From: Spirochaetae bacterium HGW-Spirochaetae-1
GTDB lineage: Bacteria > Spirochaetota > UBA4802 > UBA5550
Assembly (NCBI GenBank): GCA_002839375.1
Contig: PGXY01000004.1
Location: 277,817 to 341,816 of the forward strand
Direction: 5' to 3'
Length of the DNA: 64,000 nt
A model generated the notes under the pieces. That model saw only the letters and a program-made list of their open reading frames with translations, was not told the origin of the DNA and searched no databases. The translations under genes were made by a program, and so were the position numbers. Shown piece after piece: positions 1 to 8,325 of the stretch (position 1 is the first letter of the stretch; every line of letters starts with the position of its first letter).

Positions 1-610
1 GGTATCCCTTATTGCCGGCGAAGTAATATCCCGTGCGGATCATGAAATCGAGGGTGGCGACGATAATGGGAGTTTCCTCACGCTTTTTCTTCGGTTCCTT
101 TTCTTTCTCCAGCGTGTCCTTTACGGTTTCCTTCTCCTGCCCCTTCCTCATCTCCCGTTCCTGCTGGAGCTTTTTCATGTAGGCGTCGGTGAGCCACTTC
201 AGCACCTCCTTGTTGTCGGGGTCGTACTTCAGCACCAGCTCGCCGATGCGGACGGCGTTGATGTAATCACCGGTTTTATAATATATGAAACCCAGTTTTT
301 CGCCGGAGAGGGTCTGGGATGGCAGCCGGCGGAGTGCCTCTTCATAGTTGACGATGGCCTCTTTGACATTGCCCGCAAGCTCATAGGACCAGGCCTTGTT
401 GTGGAAGGCCATGGCGGAGTCCTTATCGTATTTTTCAATGGCCCGGTCGAATTCACCGATAGCCTCTTTGTACATTTTCTTTTTTCCCAGGTCAACACCG
501 CGTTTATTCATGGTCTGCGGGTCTTCGGCGGAGAACGCCGCAGCACCCAGCAGCATCATGAATATGCCGGTGAGGAGGAGAAAGAGTAGCGATCTTTTTC
601 TTTTGATCAT
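1..610 (-). CDS. Exported TPR-repeat protein (3' end runs off the window)
   Basis: Manual translation from ATG at 610: MIKRKRSLLFSLLTGIFMMLLGAAAFSA signal-like N-terminus, then TPR-like helices (AFHNKAWSYELAGNVKEAIVNYEEAL; LGFIYYKTGDYINA); open to position 1. Confidence 0.8.
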   Translation of the reverse strand, partial: MIKRKRSLLFLLLTGIFMMLLGAAAFSAEDPQTMNKRGVDLGKKKMYKEAIGEFDRAIEKYDKDSAMAFHNKAWSYELAGNVKEAIVNYEEALRRLPSQTLSGEKLGFIYYKTGDYINAVRIGELVLKYDPDNKEVLKWLTDAYMKKLQQEREMRKGQEKETVKDTLEKEKEPKKKREETPIIVATLDFMIRTGYYFAGNKGY

Positions 611-899
611 GGGCTGTTCCTGTCCGGTGAAAAATCGTTCTGTTTGATTCCAGGTATTTCACATATCAATTATTATGTTGAAGATGATATGCATGTACCT
701 GTAATATATACAGCATTATTTTATTTTCGGCAGAAAGAGGCAATTTTTTTTGTTGAATCGATTCATCCTGGATATATTTGACGTGCTTTCCGCTTTTTTG
801 GTTGCTTTTTTCGCGGAATACCCTATTGAAGAGGTATGTATCCGGCCCTGCAGACACGGGGGAAACAATTCCTCCCGATAGAAGGATTGGAGGCTTCCC

Positions 900-1442
900 A
901 TGCATGATACAGGAAAAATCCTACGGCATATCCATGTGAAACAGGGGGATATCACCGGGGAAGAGACCGATGCCATTGTCAACGCGGCCAATCCCTCCCT
1001 TCTGGGAGGCGGCGGAGTTGACGGCGCCATCCACCGGGCAGCCGGACCGGGACTCCTTAATGAATGCCGCGGTCTGGGTGGCTGCAGGCATGGAGAGGCG
1101 CGTATCACCGGCGGGCATAACCTGAAGGCCCGGTACGTCATCCATACGCCGGGACCCATCTACCGGGGAGGGAAGGACGGTGAAAGGAATATCCTCCAAA
1201 GCTCTTATCACAATTCCATGAACCTGGCCCGGGAAAAGGGCTGTACATCCATATCGTTCCCCGCCATATCCACGGGGGTATACGGGTATCCCCGCGATGA
1301 AGCATGCCGTGTTGCCGTTGATACGGTGATTGATTTTATGAAATCGGAAGAATATCTGATTGATGTATATTTCGTTCTTTTTGATAATGACAATTATTCT
1401 CGCTATGTTAAATATGTGAAGGAGCTGCAGGACGGGATATGA
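900..1442 (+). CDS. Macro-domain O-acetyl-ADP-ribose deacetylase (YmdB-like)
   Basis: GDIT, DAIVNAAN, GGGGVDGAIHRAAG and SISFPAISTGVYGYP motifs; RBS GGAGG upstream. Confidence 0.92.
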   Translation: MHDTGKILRHIHVKQGDITGEETDAIVNAANPSLLGGGGVDGAIHRAAGPGLLNECRGLGGCRHGEARITGGHNLKARYVIHTPGPIYRGGKDGERNILQSSYHNSMNLAREKGCTSISFPAISTGVYGYPRDEACRVAVDTVIDFMKSEEYLIDVYFVLFDNDNYSRYVKYVKELQDGI

Positions 1443-2275
1443 ATTATACAGAAAGGCTGAAAGAAGCATCGGACAGGTTCGACAGTATTGTCTGCCTTGG
1501 ACTGGACCCGGTTGTGGAAGACATTCCGGAAAAGGGGGAACCGGCCGAGTGCATATTGCGGTTTTACGAAAACATCCTGGATAAAATTGTCCAGAAAAAG
1601 GTATTCCCCGGTTCGGTGAAACCAAACTACGCATTCTATGCCCAGTACGGTCTGAAGAGCATCGAGACCCTGGAGAAAATCGTGGGCCTGTACGCCAGGG
1701 AAGGCATTCCCGTCATACTCGATGTGAAACGCGGTGATATCGGGAAAACGGCCCAGGCCTATGCCCGCGAGGCCTATGAGTACTTCAAGGCCGATGCGGT
1801 CACCCTGTCCCCCTATCTGGGATATGATTCCATCGGTCCCTTTGTCGAGGAATATCCCGACAAGGGCAGCTACATACTAACCAAGACGTCGAACAAGAGT
1901 TCCGGCGAAATACAGGATGTTTCGTATAACGGCGCTCCGTTCTATGAATACATGGCGGCCATGATCCTGAAATGGCACCATCCCGGTATGGGTTCCGTTG
2001 TGGGTGCCACCTATCCCGAACAGCTCGACGCCATATCTTCTATTTTCATCGCGTCGGGGAAAGAGGTTCCCCTGCTGATTCCCGGTGTGGGAACCCAGGG
2101 TGGAAGCCTGGCGGAGGTGCTCCGGAGCCTTAAAAAATTTCCCGACATGCGCATTCACCGGATTAATTCCTCCAGCGCCATCAATTACGCCTACAAAAAG
2201 AATCCCGGTATTCATTATGCCGACGCGGCAGTTGAAGCCCTGAAACAGCTCAATGAAGAGATAGGGAGCATGTAA
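1439..2275 (+). CDS. pyrF: Orotidine-5'-phosphate decarboxylase
   Basis: CLGLDP, KPNYAFY, DVKRGDIGKT (DxKxxDI), VVGATYP and LIPGVGTQGG motifs. Confidence 0.93.
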   Translation: MNYTERLKEASDRFDSIVCLGLDPVVEDIPEKGEPAECILRFYENILDKIVQKKVFPGSVKPNYAFYAQYGLKSIETLEKIVGLYAREGIPVILDVKRGDIGKTAQAYAREAYEYFKADAVTLSPYLGYDSIGPFVEEYPDKGSYILTKTSNKSSGEIQDVSYNGAPFYEYMAAMILKWHHPGMGSVVGATYPEQLDAISSIFIASGKEVPLLIPGVGTQGGSLAEVLRSLKKFPDMRIHRINSSSAINYAYKKNPGIHYADAAVEALKQLNEEIGSM

Positions 2276-4440
2276 TGACCAGGGACGCTCTGGACAGGGC
2301 GCGGGACACCGTTCTCATAGTGACGTCCCATGAAAAACTGGCCCGGGAAATAATTTTTTCTCTGGGCCCGGGATACGCGGCGACCCGGGCGGCAAACGCC
2401 ACGGAAGCCTTCAGCTTCATGACCTTCCAGCGGCCGGGAGTGATCATTGCCGACAGTGATCTTCCGGAGAAGAGCGGCATCGAGTTCCTGCATAACATTC
2501 GGGGCGGGTACCAGACCAAGCTGATACCCTTTATCATGATATCCCGAAAGGACAATACGCAGCAGCGTATCCGGGCCATAGAGGCGGGAGCCGATGCCTA
2601 TCTCAAGTACCCCTTTCTCGGCGAGGAACTGAGGGCCTTTGTGGCCTCCAAGCTGCATAAGTACCGGGAATTCTATCTTCTCTCCATCACCGATGAGCTG
2701 ACACGTCTCTATAACAGAAAAGAGTTTATCAAAAAATTCAATGACGAGACCGATGTCAGAAATTCGGGGACCATCGCCCTGGCTATTCTGGACCTGGATT
2801 TTTTCAAGCGGGTGAACGATTTATACGGCCACCAGATGGGGGACCAGGTTCTGCAGAAACTGGCCGAGATGCTTCGCGGAAGAAGCTCTTCCTCGTTTTT
2901 CCCCGCCCGCTTCGGCGGAGAGGAATTCGTTATTCTCTTTCCCGGGTTCAATACGGACCAGGCGAAGGTTGTCATGGAACGCCTTCTCCATGATTTTTCC
3001 CTCGTGCCTTTTAAAACAGAAAAGACAACTTTCTACGTGACATTCAGCGCCGGGATCGCTGAATATCCCGCCATGGCTTCCAATATATCGGAACTCCTTT
3101 CCCGATCGGACCAGGCCCTGTACGCCGCCAAAGAAGACGGCCGAAACCGGATCTATTCATTCAGCCCCATCATGGCCAGGAATGACAAGTTCTGGGAATA
3201 TCTTCGTTCGAACCGGGGGGTATTCATCGACAGCAGGGGTTGTGATTCTATCACAAAACTCCCGTATCTGCCCCAGCTCCTGGAAACCGTGGTGAACCTT
3301 GATTTTGAGCTTAACAGTATCGGGGTACTCGTGATCCGGTTCAGGCCCCTTTTTGATTTTGAAAAATATTTCGGCACGAAGAACTATTACTATGACATCG
3401 AAAATATCTCCATTATCATACAGAAATCCATAGAGCTCATATTCCCCACGGACATGTACGTGGGGCACAGCGATATTTTCGACCGGGAGTTTTTACTGCT
3501 GTTCCCCAGTATAATTGACTTCACCCTTAATACTGAAAGATTCAATGAAATTTGCCGTGAAATCTGCACGACAATTCAATACAGCCTCAGTGAATTTTCC
3601 ATGAATATGGAGTGTTCCTTCGGCATCATCCCGTATGAACGAATGAATCCCCACGGCATGTACCGTTCCATCAATGCCATACGCGGTGAAATGAGTATCC
3701 ATTCCGACAAGAGTGAAAAATTTATCAATTATCTGAAGACCATGGGCAATGGCGGCGGATCAGAGGACCTTCATGAAATCATGGAAATCAAGAATTTCTA
3801 TTCCATTGATCTCCTGGAGCCCCTGTACCAGTATCCGGCCCTGAAGGAGCCTCTTTCCCGCGATACATTTTTCAGCGCGATTCTGGAGGAAAGCATTACC
3901 GGCAGGGAGAGTCTCGGGACATTTCTTGTCGCCCTCAGGGGCGTCGTTCCCGGGGACACGGGGCTGCCGCTTCTTCTTCCCTGGATATCATCCATTTCCT
4001 TTGACGAATACGTTGATATAGCCGCGGGGGTTTTCGGCGAAAGGGAGCTTGTTATTCTCATCAATGAGAGCGGTATACCTGCCGTATTGAAGTCCGGCTA
4101 CATCAATACTCCCGCGTCGCTTCCCGGTACGGTGAGCATCGGGCTCGATAACTGCTTCATCGGCGCAGATATCCTGGGGTACCTTTCCATCATGGATTTC
4201 AGGGTATGCATTTTTTCCGAGAACATCTCCCGCAAGCTCCACCATTTCAAGGACCGGATCAAGATCATCAGCGGACTCATTCTTTTTCTCGACCAGGTGG
4301 GAATTCCCGCCCTGGCCCGGAACGTGCAGCTTGAGGAGGAATATCATATCCTCCGCGACCTGCACATTTCCTGCGCCGGCGGCGCTTATCTGGAAACCAT
4401 CAGGGAAGGCATCATGGAAGAGGCGCCGCTGAAGCTGTGA
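2275..4440 (+). CDS. Response-regulator diguanylate cyclase (REC-GGDEF) with degenerate GGDEF/EAL-like C-terminal half
   Basis: REC (IIADSDLP...GADAYLKYP), TDELTRLYNR, DLDFFKRVNDLYGH, RFGGEEF; C-terminus ends in EAL-like ALARNVQLEEEYHILRDL. Confidence 0.85.
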   Translation: MTRDALDRARDTVLIVTSHEKLAREIIFSLGPGYAATRAANATEAFSFMTFQRPGVIIADSDLPEKSGIEFLHNIRGGYQTKLIPFIMISRKDNTQQRIRAIEAGADAYLKYPFLGEELRAFVASKLHKYREFYLLSITDELTRLYNRKEFIKKFNDETDVRNSGTIALAILDLDFFKRVNDLYGHQMGDQVLQKLAEMLRGRSSSSFFPARFGGEEFVILFPGFNTDQAKVVMERLLHDFSLVPFKTEKTTFYVTFSAGIAEYPAMASNISELLSRSDQALYAAKEDGRNRIYSFSPIMARNDKFWEYLRSNRGVFIDSRGCDSITKLPYLPQLLETVVNLDFELNSIGVLVIRFRPLFDFEKYFGTKNYYYDIENISIIIQKSIELIFPTDMYVGHSDIFDREFLLLFPSIIDFTLNTERFNEICREICTTIQYSLSEFSMNMECSFGIIPYERMNPHGMYRSINAIRGEMSIHSDKSEKFINYLKTMGNGGGSEDLHEIMEIKNFYSIDLLEPLYQYPALKEPLSRDTFFSAILEESITGRESLGTFLVALRGVVPGDTGLPLLLPWISSISFDEYVDIAAGVFGERELVILINESGIPAVLKSGYINTPASLPGTVSIGLDNCFIGADILGYLSIMDFRVCIFSENISRKLHHFKDRIKIISGLILFLDQVGIPALARNVQLEEEYHILRDLHISCAGGAYLETIREGIMEEAPLKL

Positions 4441-4469
4441 TCACCGCTTTGTTTTTTCCATAATGCATG

Positions 4470-4498
4470 TTTACAGAAAGGACGAGAAGAGCGCGAAG
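4470..4498 (+). repeat. Repeat of three 9-bp units, family A, copy 1
   Basis: TTTACAGAAAG GACGAGAAG AGCGCGAAG; same architecture as 7527-7555 (-) and 46405-46433 (+). Confidence 0.7.
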
Positions 4499-4510
4499 GC
4501 AAAAGCCCGG

Positions 4511-5038
4511 TCAGGTGATTTGGCGTTTCTTTGTACCCGCCTTCATCATGCTCCATACAACCATGTGATGAAAAGGCCGGATCAGGTTGAAATACACCGG
4601 CCCGGTCCAGTGAAGATACCTGACGGACGTGAATACGTGATACCGTGTACAATTCGAACTTAATTTTTCCGCTATGACACCGAATAACGCCGTTAAGTGT
4701 TTATCGTCGGGTGTTTCTGAAACCCAGTACTTATCCTCTTTTGCATCACGCACAATAAAGAATGACGCTTTTTCGCCGGGCGTAAAGGAAAGATCCTCCG
4801 GTTTTATTGAGGGCAATATCTCCGGCTTTTCATGACGAACCAGCCCGAGGATGCCTACAAGAAATTCCCTGATTCTATACAGAGAAACCATCCACCAGGG
4901 ATAGTAAGAGAGCATTCCGGAAATGAAACTTCTTAAATCGATATCACTCTCAATGGTTTTAACATCGATATGATCCGCATTCTGGAAATAAATCTCAAAC
5001 TCTTTGTATTTTTGAATTATATTCATTTTGTGATTCAT
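4511..5038 (-). CDS. DUF2867-like protein; integron cassette 3 (own attC missing)
   Basis: DHIDVK...PWWMVSLYRIREFLVGILGL...DDKHL...HWTGPVYFNLIRPFHHMVV; ATG overlaps the GTTATAT core site of the attC at 5037-5164. Confidence 0.8.
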   Translation of the reverse strand: MNHKMNIIQKYKEFEIYFQNADHIDVKTIESDIDLRSFISGMLSYYPWWMVSLYRIREFLVGILGLVRHEKPEILPSIKPEDLSFTPGEKASFFIVRDAKEDKYWVSETPDDKHLTALFGVIAEKLSSNCTRYHVFTSVRYLHWTGPVYFNLIRPFHHMVVWSMMKAGTKKRQIT

Positions 5039-5164
5039 ATAACGACAAAATGAGCTGTGCGAACCGCTGGTGAAGACTCCTTTAGCAAATCAGTTTAATC
5101 TCAACTGAATGGTTGAACTGCTTCAAATAAAGCGGGTCGAATCAGGCTCGATTTAATGTTAGAT
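5037..5164 (-). mobile_element. Integron attC site (128 bp)
   Basis: Minus strand: R'' ATCTAAC, spacer, L'' ATCGAGC ... L' GCTCAT (pairs with L'' leaving one extra C), R' GTTATAT; imperfect palindrome continues inward; R'' is the exact reverse complement of the GTTAGAT that opens this cassette. Confidence 0.85.
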
Positions 5165-5191
5165 TTATTTTCTTATTGTGATTAATTCCTC

Positions 5192-6559
5192 TTAGACTTG
5201 ATGACGATAAAAACCTAATAAATCATAATTATAACTTAAATTTGAACCATTGAAATTTGATATAGCTATTAATTGAACGTCAATTTCTTCCATGTTAAAG
5301 AGCCTAATTATATCAGTAGTATATTCTTCATCATGTAACCACTCAAATGTGTTAGCAAGTTCCCTTCCTAGCTTTGTGATTATTATTACATTTATAGTTT
5401 TCTCTTTAATATTATTATTCCACGATATACGCCAGCCTCTATTTCCACATATCAAAGTTGAATCACTTTTTAAATTTACACTACGATTTGTAATCAATCC
5501 TACTTCTTTGAGTGTTTCTAAATCTTTTGAACTTATTCCAATAGAAGAATTATTTTTTATAAAAATAAACATTTCCTTTGGCTCGGGTAAATACAATGTT
5601 CTATGTTTCGCTATTTTGGTAAATATATCCTGTTCCTCTTTTGAAAGTGTTCTTAGTATTTTATCTGGTAACTCTTCTAGCATTTTATTCGCATTAAAGA
5701 AATATATTGGATTCCAAGATTTTACTTTCATCTTTACTTGTTGATCTTTTGTATTTCTCATAGGGAAAAATGAAATTCGGTGAGGATTATCTTCGATGTT
5801 AATACTTGATGTTAATTTAGCTTTTTCAATTGAAATGCATCTATTGATAATTGCATTAAAAAATAAACTAAGTTTTTTAAAATGAAAATCAATAAAATCA
5901 GTAGTTGTCCAATAATATTTTTGAGTTAATGGTGTATCAAGATTAGGATATCCATCTAATTGTTTTGGAATTGGGAGATAACCAATTTCAACAGGAGGTG
6001 ATATTGCTTGAATAGGGGGAGAAATTTGATGTATCCATCTATTACGTGTTGCAACAATACTATCAGAGGTAGGTCTATTTTCAGTTAGCCATACTTCTAG
6101 TGATTTTATGTGAGAACCAATTATATCATCTGAATTAGCTATTCCCTCACGAAATGCATGGTGTCTTAAATCACATTTTTTTTCCGGACGTCCAAGATTT
6201 AAATAACTATTTAGGAAAAGTCCTATAGAATCAAGAGATGCTTTTCCATGAGAAATGAAATCGAAAATTGCTTTTGAATGCTGCGCCTGTCCTACCGGGT
6301 CAAAGGGAAGAACACCTTCTTCGAATTGTTTTGAAATTCCACTTTCTATAGCTATTGCTTCTAAACCTGCAATTTTTGCCCATTGTAATTTTATAAGGGA
6401 ATCGATAAGAGCTTTGTATTTTTCCGACTTAATTTCAGATTCTTTTACAAGTTGAGATAGTAAGACAATTTCCTTATAACCTATTTCAGGCAAGAAATCA
6501 AATGCTACACGGACAAAAAAGTGAGGAGCTTTCTCAGGCAATTTAATGTCATTATTCAT
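5192..6559 (-). CDS. Cassette 2: putative HEPN-like N-terminal domain fused to DUF2806-like C-terminal domain
   Basis: AT-rich 455-aa ORF between two attC sites; RNRWIH (Rx4H) at nt 6029-6046; C-terminal LSKEEQDIFTKIA...LKEVGLI...ITKLGRELA resembles DUF2806. Confidence 0.6.
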   Translation of the reverse strand: MNNDIKLPEKAPHFFVRVAFDFLPEIGYKEIVLLSQLVKESEIKSEKYKALIDSLIKLQWAKIAGLEAIAIESGISKQFEEGVLPFDPVGQAQHSKAIFDFISHGKASLDSIGLFLNSYLNLGRPEKKCDLRHHAFREGIANSDDIIGSHIKSLEVWLTENRPTSDSIVATRNRWIHQISPPIQAISPPVEIGYLPIPKQLDGYPNLDTPLTQKYYWTTTDFIDFHFKKLSLFFNAIINRCISIEKAKLTSSINIEDNPHRISFFPMRNTKDQQVKMKVKSWNPIYFFNANKMLEELPDKILRTLSKEEQDIFTKIAKHRTLYLPEPKEMFIFIKNNSSIGISSKDLETLKEVGLITNRSVNLKSDSTLICGNRGWRISWNNNIKEKTINVIIITKLGRELANTFEWLHDEEYTTDIIRLFNMEEIDVQLIAISNFNGSNLSYNYDLLGFYRHQV

Positions 6560-6634
6560 TAAATTTTTCCTTTATTAATTGTTTTAGAATATTTTTCTAT
6601 ATTCTTGCCGCATAATAAGTTTTTGCAAATTCAA

Positions 6635-6701
6635 ATCTAACGCTAAAGGTCACGAGGCCTGAAGCGCCAGCGCAAGGCTCCCGTGCACCTGTTTGTTCGG
6701 C
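6635..6701 (-). mobile_element. Integron attC site (67 bp)
   Basis: Minus strand, 2 nt after the TGA of 6704..7327: R'' GCCGAAC-AAACA-L'' GGTGCACG ... L' CGTGACC (extra G in L'') ... R' GTTAGAT; central arm GAGCCTTGCGCTGGCGCTTCAGGCCT is self-complementary. Confidence 0.92.
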
Positions 6702-6703
6702 TC

Positions 6704-7327
6704 TCATTTATTCTCAGAATTAGTCCAAAGAGATTTAAGGTATACTTTAGGATCAGTATTACTAGGCAATCTCTCTCTAAAAATAAGGCCCTTAAATGTC
6801 ACTTCTGGACGTTTATTAATTTCATCAGACACAACAGCCGTATAAACAAGCTGATATAATGATAAATCTGAATAAGATTGGCCTTTGGCTATGTATGATG
6901 AACCAATTATTATTGGTATACTCGTTTGATCAAAAATTTTCACATAACCTGTTTCCCTGAGTACATTTTTTTCAAGGTAGCCTTCAATATAACCTCGAAT
7001 GATTACGAGAGATAGCATGAAATCAGGTTGAGATATATTCCATTTGTCTTTATCAAGTTGTGGAGGTAGATGAACTGCAGCGCACTGTAATTGTATATTT
7101 GTATCTATCGTAGAAAGAAAAAGTTTATCATTGCTTTTGTTTATTGTCCCTCTATAAATTGCAGATCTGGAAGCAATAAAATCTTCTGTTGTTAAATTCA
7201 AAGCTTTCTCAGATATTGAACAACTTCTTATGGACACAACAATTGCGATTAATGAAAAAATTATAGATCCCACAGAGATTATAACTGTAGATGAAAACCA
7301 TGTTTTTTTTCTTTCATCATCATTCAT
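6704..7327 (-). CDS. Cassette 1: membrane-anchored hypothetical protein
   Basis: AT-rich 207-aa ORF with N-terminal TM helix (VIISVGSIIFSLIAIVVSI); bounded by GTTAGGC at 7346-7352 and attC at 6635-6701. Confidence 0.75.
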   Translation of the reverse strand: MNDDERKKTWFSSTVIISVGSIIFSLIAIVVSIRSCSISEKALNLTTEDFIASRSAIYRGTINKSNDKLFLSTIDTNIQLQCAAVHLPPQLDKDKWNISQPDFMLSLVIIRGYIEGYLEKNVLRETGYVKIFDQTSIPIIIGSSYIAKGQSYSDLSLYQLVYTAVVSDEINKRPEVTFKGLIFRERLPSNTDPKVYLKSLWTNSENK

Positions 7328-7345
7328 ATTTTCTTACCTGTATTA

Positions 7346-7415
7346 GCCTAACAATTCTTCTACAGATATTCCGTAAATATGCACAATATTAATAAAAATT
7401 GCTCTAAAAAGTCAA
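7346..7415 (-). promoter_or_regulatory. Array-proximal GTTAGGC crossover site with upstream sigma70-like promoter (attI/Pc-like platform)
   Basis: Minus strand: TTGACT (7415-7410)-N18-TAATAT (7391-7386), imperfect palindrome TACGGA-ata-TCTGTA, then GTTAGGC; no attC left arm upstream. Confidence 0.5.
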
Positions 7416-7526
7416 CGACAATCGTATGTATAGTAGAAAATGATTTTTAAATTCTGTATTCCACGCTTAAAAGAATGATAAAAGGCATTCAAAAGTAAAT
7501 GTATTTTTAGATGTTCCCTGAACATA

Positions 7527-7555
7527 CTTCGCGGCCTTCGCGCTCTTCTTGTAAA
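7527..7555 (-). repeat. Repeat of three 9-bp units, family A, copy 2 (inverted relative to copy 1)
   Basis: Reverse complement TTTACAAGAAG AGCGCGAAG GCCGCGAAG; 27/29 identical to 46405-46433. Confidence 0.8.
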
Positions 7556-7610
7556 AATTCTTATCATTGAGATAAATATCCCTCTTTCCGGAATTTTGGG
7601 AAAGAGTGTT

Positions 7611-7772
7611 CTACAGCGACACAGTGGCACAGAGTTTTTAAGGGCAATATTTTTTCTATATTGAATGCTATTTTACGATGGTACAAATGCCATTTGAACA
7701 AATAGATAAAATATTTCTTGCAGCTAAACTTTATCAAGAAATCAAACTCTCTGTGTCTCCGTGCCTCTGTGG
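7611..7772. repeat. Inverted pair of 9-bp-period CACAGAG repeats (family B) around a 114-bp AT-rich spacer; MITE/REP-like
   Basis: CTACAGCGACACAGTGGCACAGAG (7611-7634) vs reverse complement of 7749-7772 CCACAGAGGCACGGAGACACAGAG, 18/24 identical. Confidence 0.65.
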
Positions 7773-7806
7773 CAAATTATCTTTTTTCTCATCAGGTAAA
7801 ATATTA

Positions 7807-8325
7807 CTACCGCACCTGCCGGTAATAAATCCTCCGCATCTCGTAAAAGAATTCCAGGTATTCCGTCTTTTTATAATCAGGATAGGTCCAGGGCCAGAAC
7901 CGGAACTGCTTTCCGGAATAGTGGTATTCATTTTCCAGGTACACGCCCTTTTGCAGATACACGCGGTGATAGAAGTCCTTGCATGAGGCCAGGAAGACAT
8001 TGGCGAGGGTCATGTACCCGGGATCAATATTGACGCGGCGCTGCCCGCCCGTGGAGTGGATATCTTCAAGGGAATTGGTGAGGAGCTTGATAGCGGCGAT
8101 TTCCTCCCGATCCATAAGTCTCTCAAATGAAAGGAGTACTTTGTACAGGGGCTCGCCGATTTCACGGTAGTATTCCGTGTTGTCGAAAAGGATGGGGCCG
8201 CTGCAGAGATCGGAAGGGCCGAAATGCTCATTCAGTTTTTCTTCTATAGAGGAGAGATCGGCGGAATCCCTGTAGAGGATGCCGGCGAAGAGTTTTGCTT
8301 TTTCGGGAATTAATGGCTCAGCCAC
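7807..8325 (-). CDS. DUF4416 family protein
   Basis: GTG start overlapping the ispD stop; TEYY.EIG, IKLLTNSLE, RRVNIDPGY, HRVYL..GVY and WTYPDY motifs. Confidence 0.88.
   Translation of the reverse strand: MAEPLIPEKAKLFAGILYRDSADLSSIEEKLNEHFGPSDLCSGPILFDNTEYYREIGEPLYKVLLSFERLMDREEIAAIKLLTNSLEDIHSTGGQRRVNIDPGYMTLANVFLASCKDFYHRVYLQKGVYLENEYHYSGKQFRFWPWTYPDYKKTEYLEFFYEMRRIYYRQVR

Noticed and set aside
4441..4515. Possible third attC after the DUF2867 cassette
   Set aside because: Only a degenerate ACCTGAC at the stop; no L boxes or R' partner, and a family A repeat follows instead
7346..7385. Possible dif (XerCD) site at the start of the array
   Set aside because: Lacks the TTATGTTAAA-type XerD arm and the 11-6-11 layout
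7412..8000. Short ORFs 7412..7630, 7678..7986 and 7734..8000
   Set aside because: They run through the repeat elements or overlap the DUF4416 gene and show no coding signal
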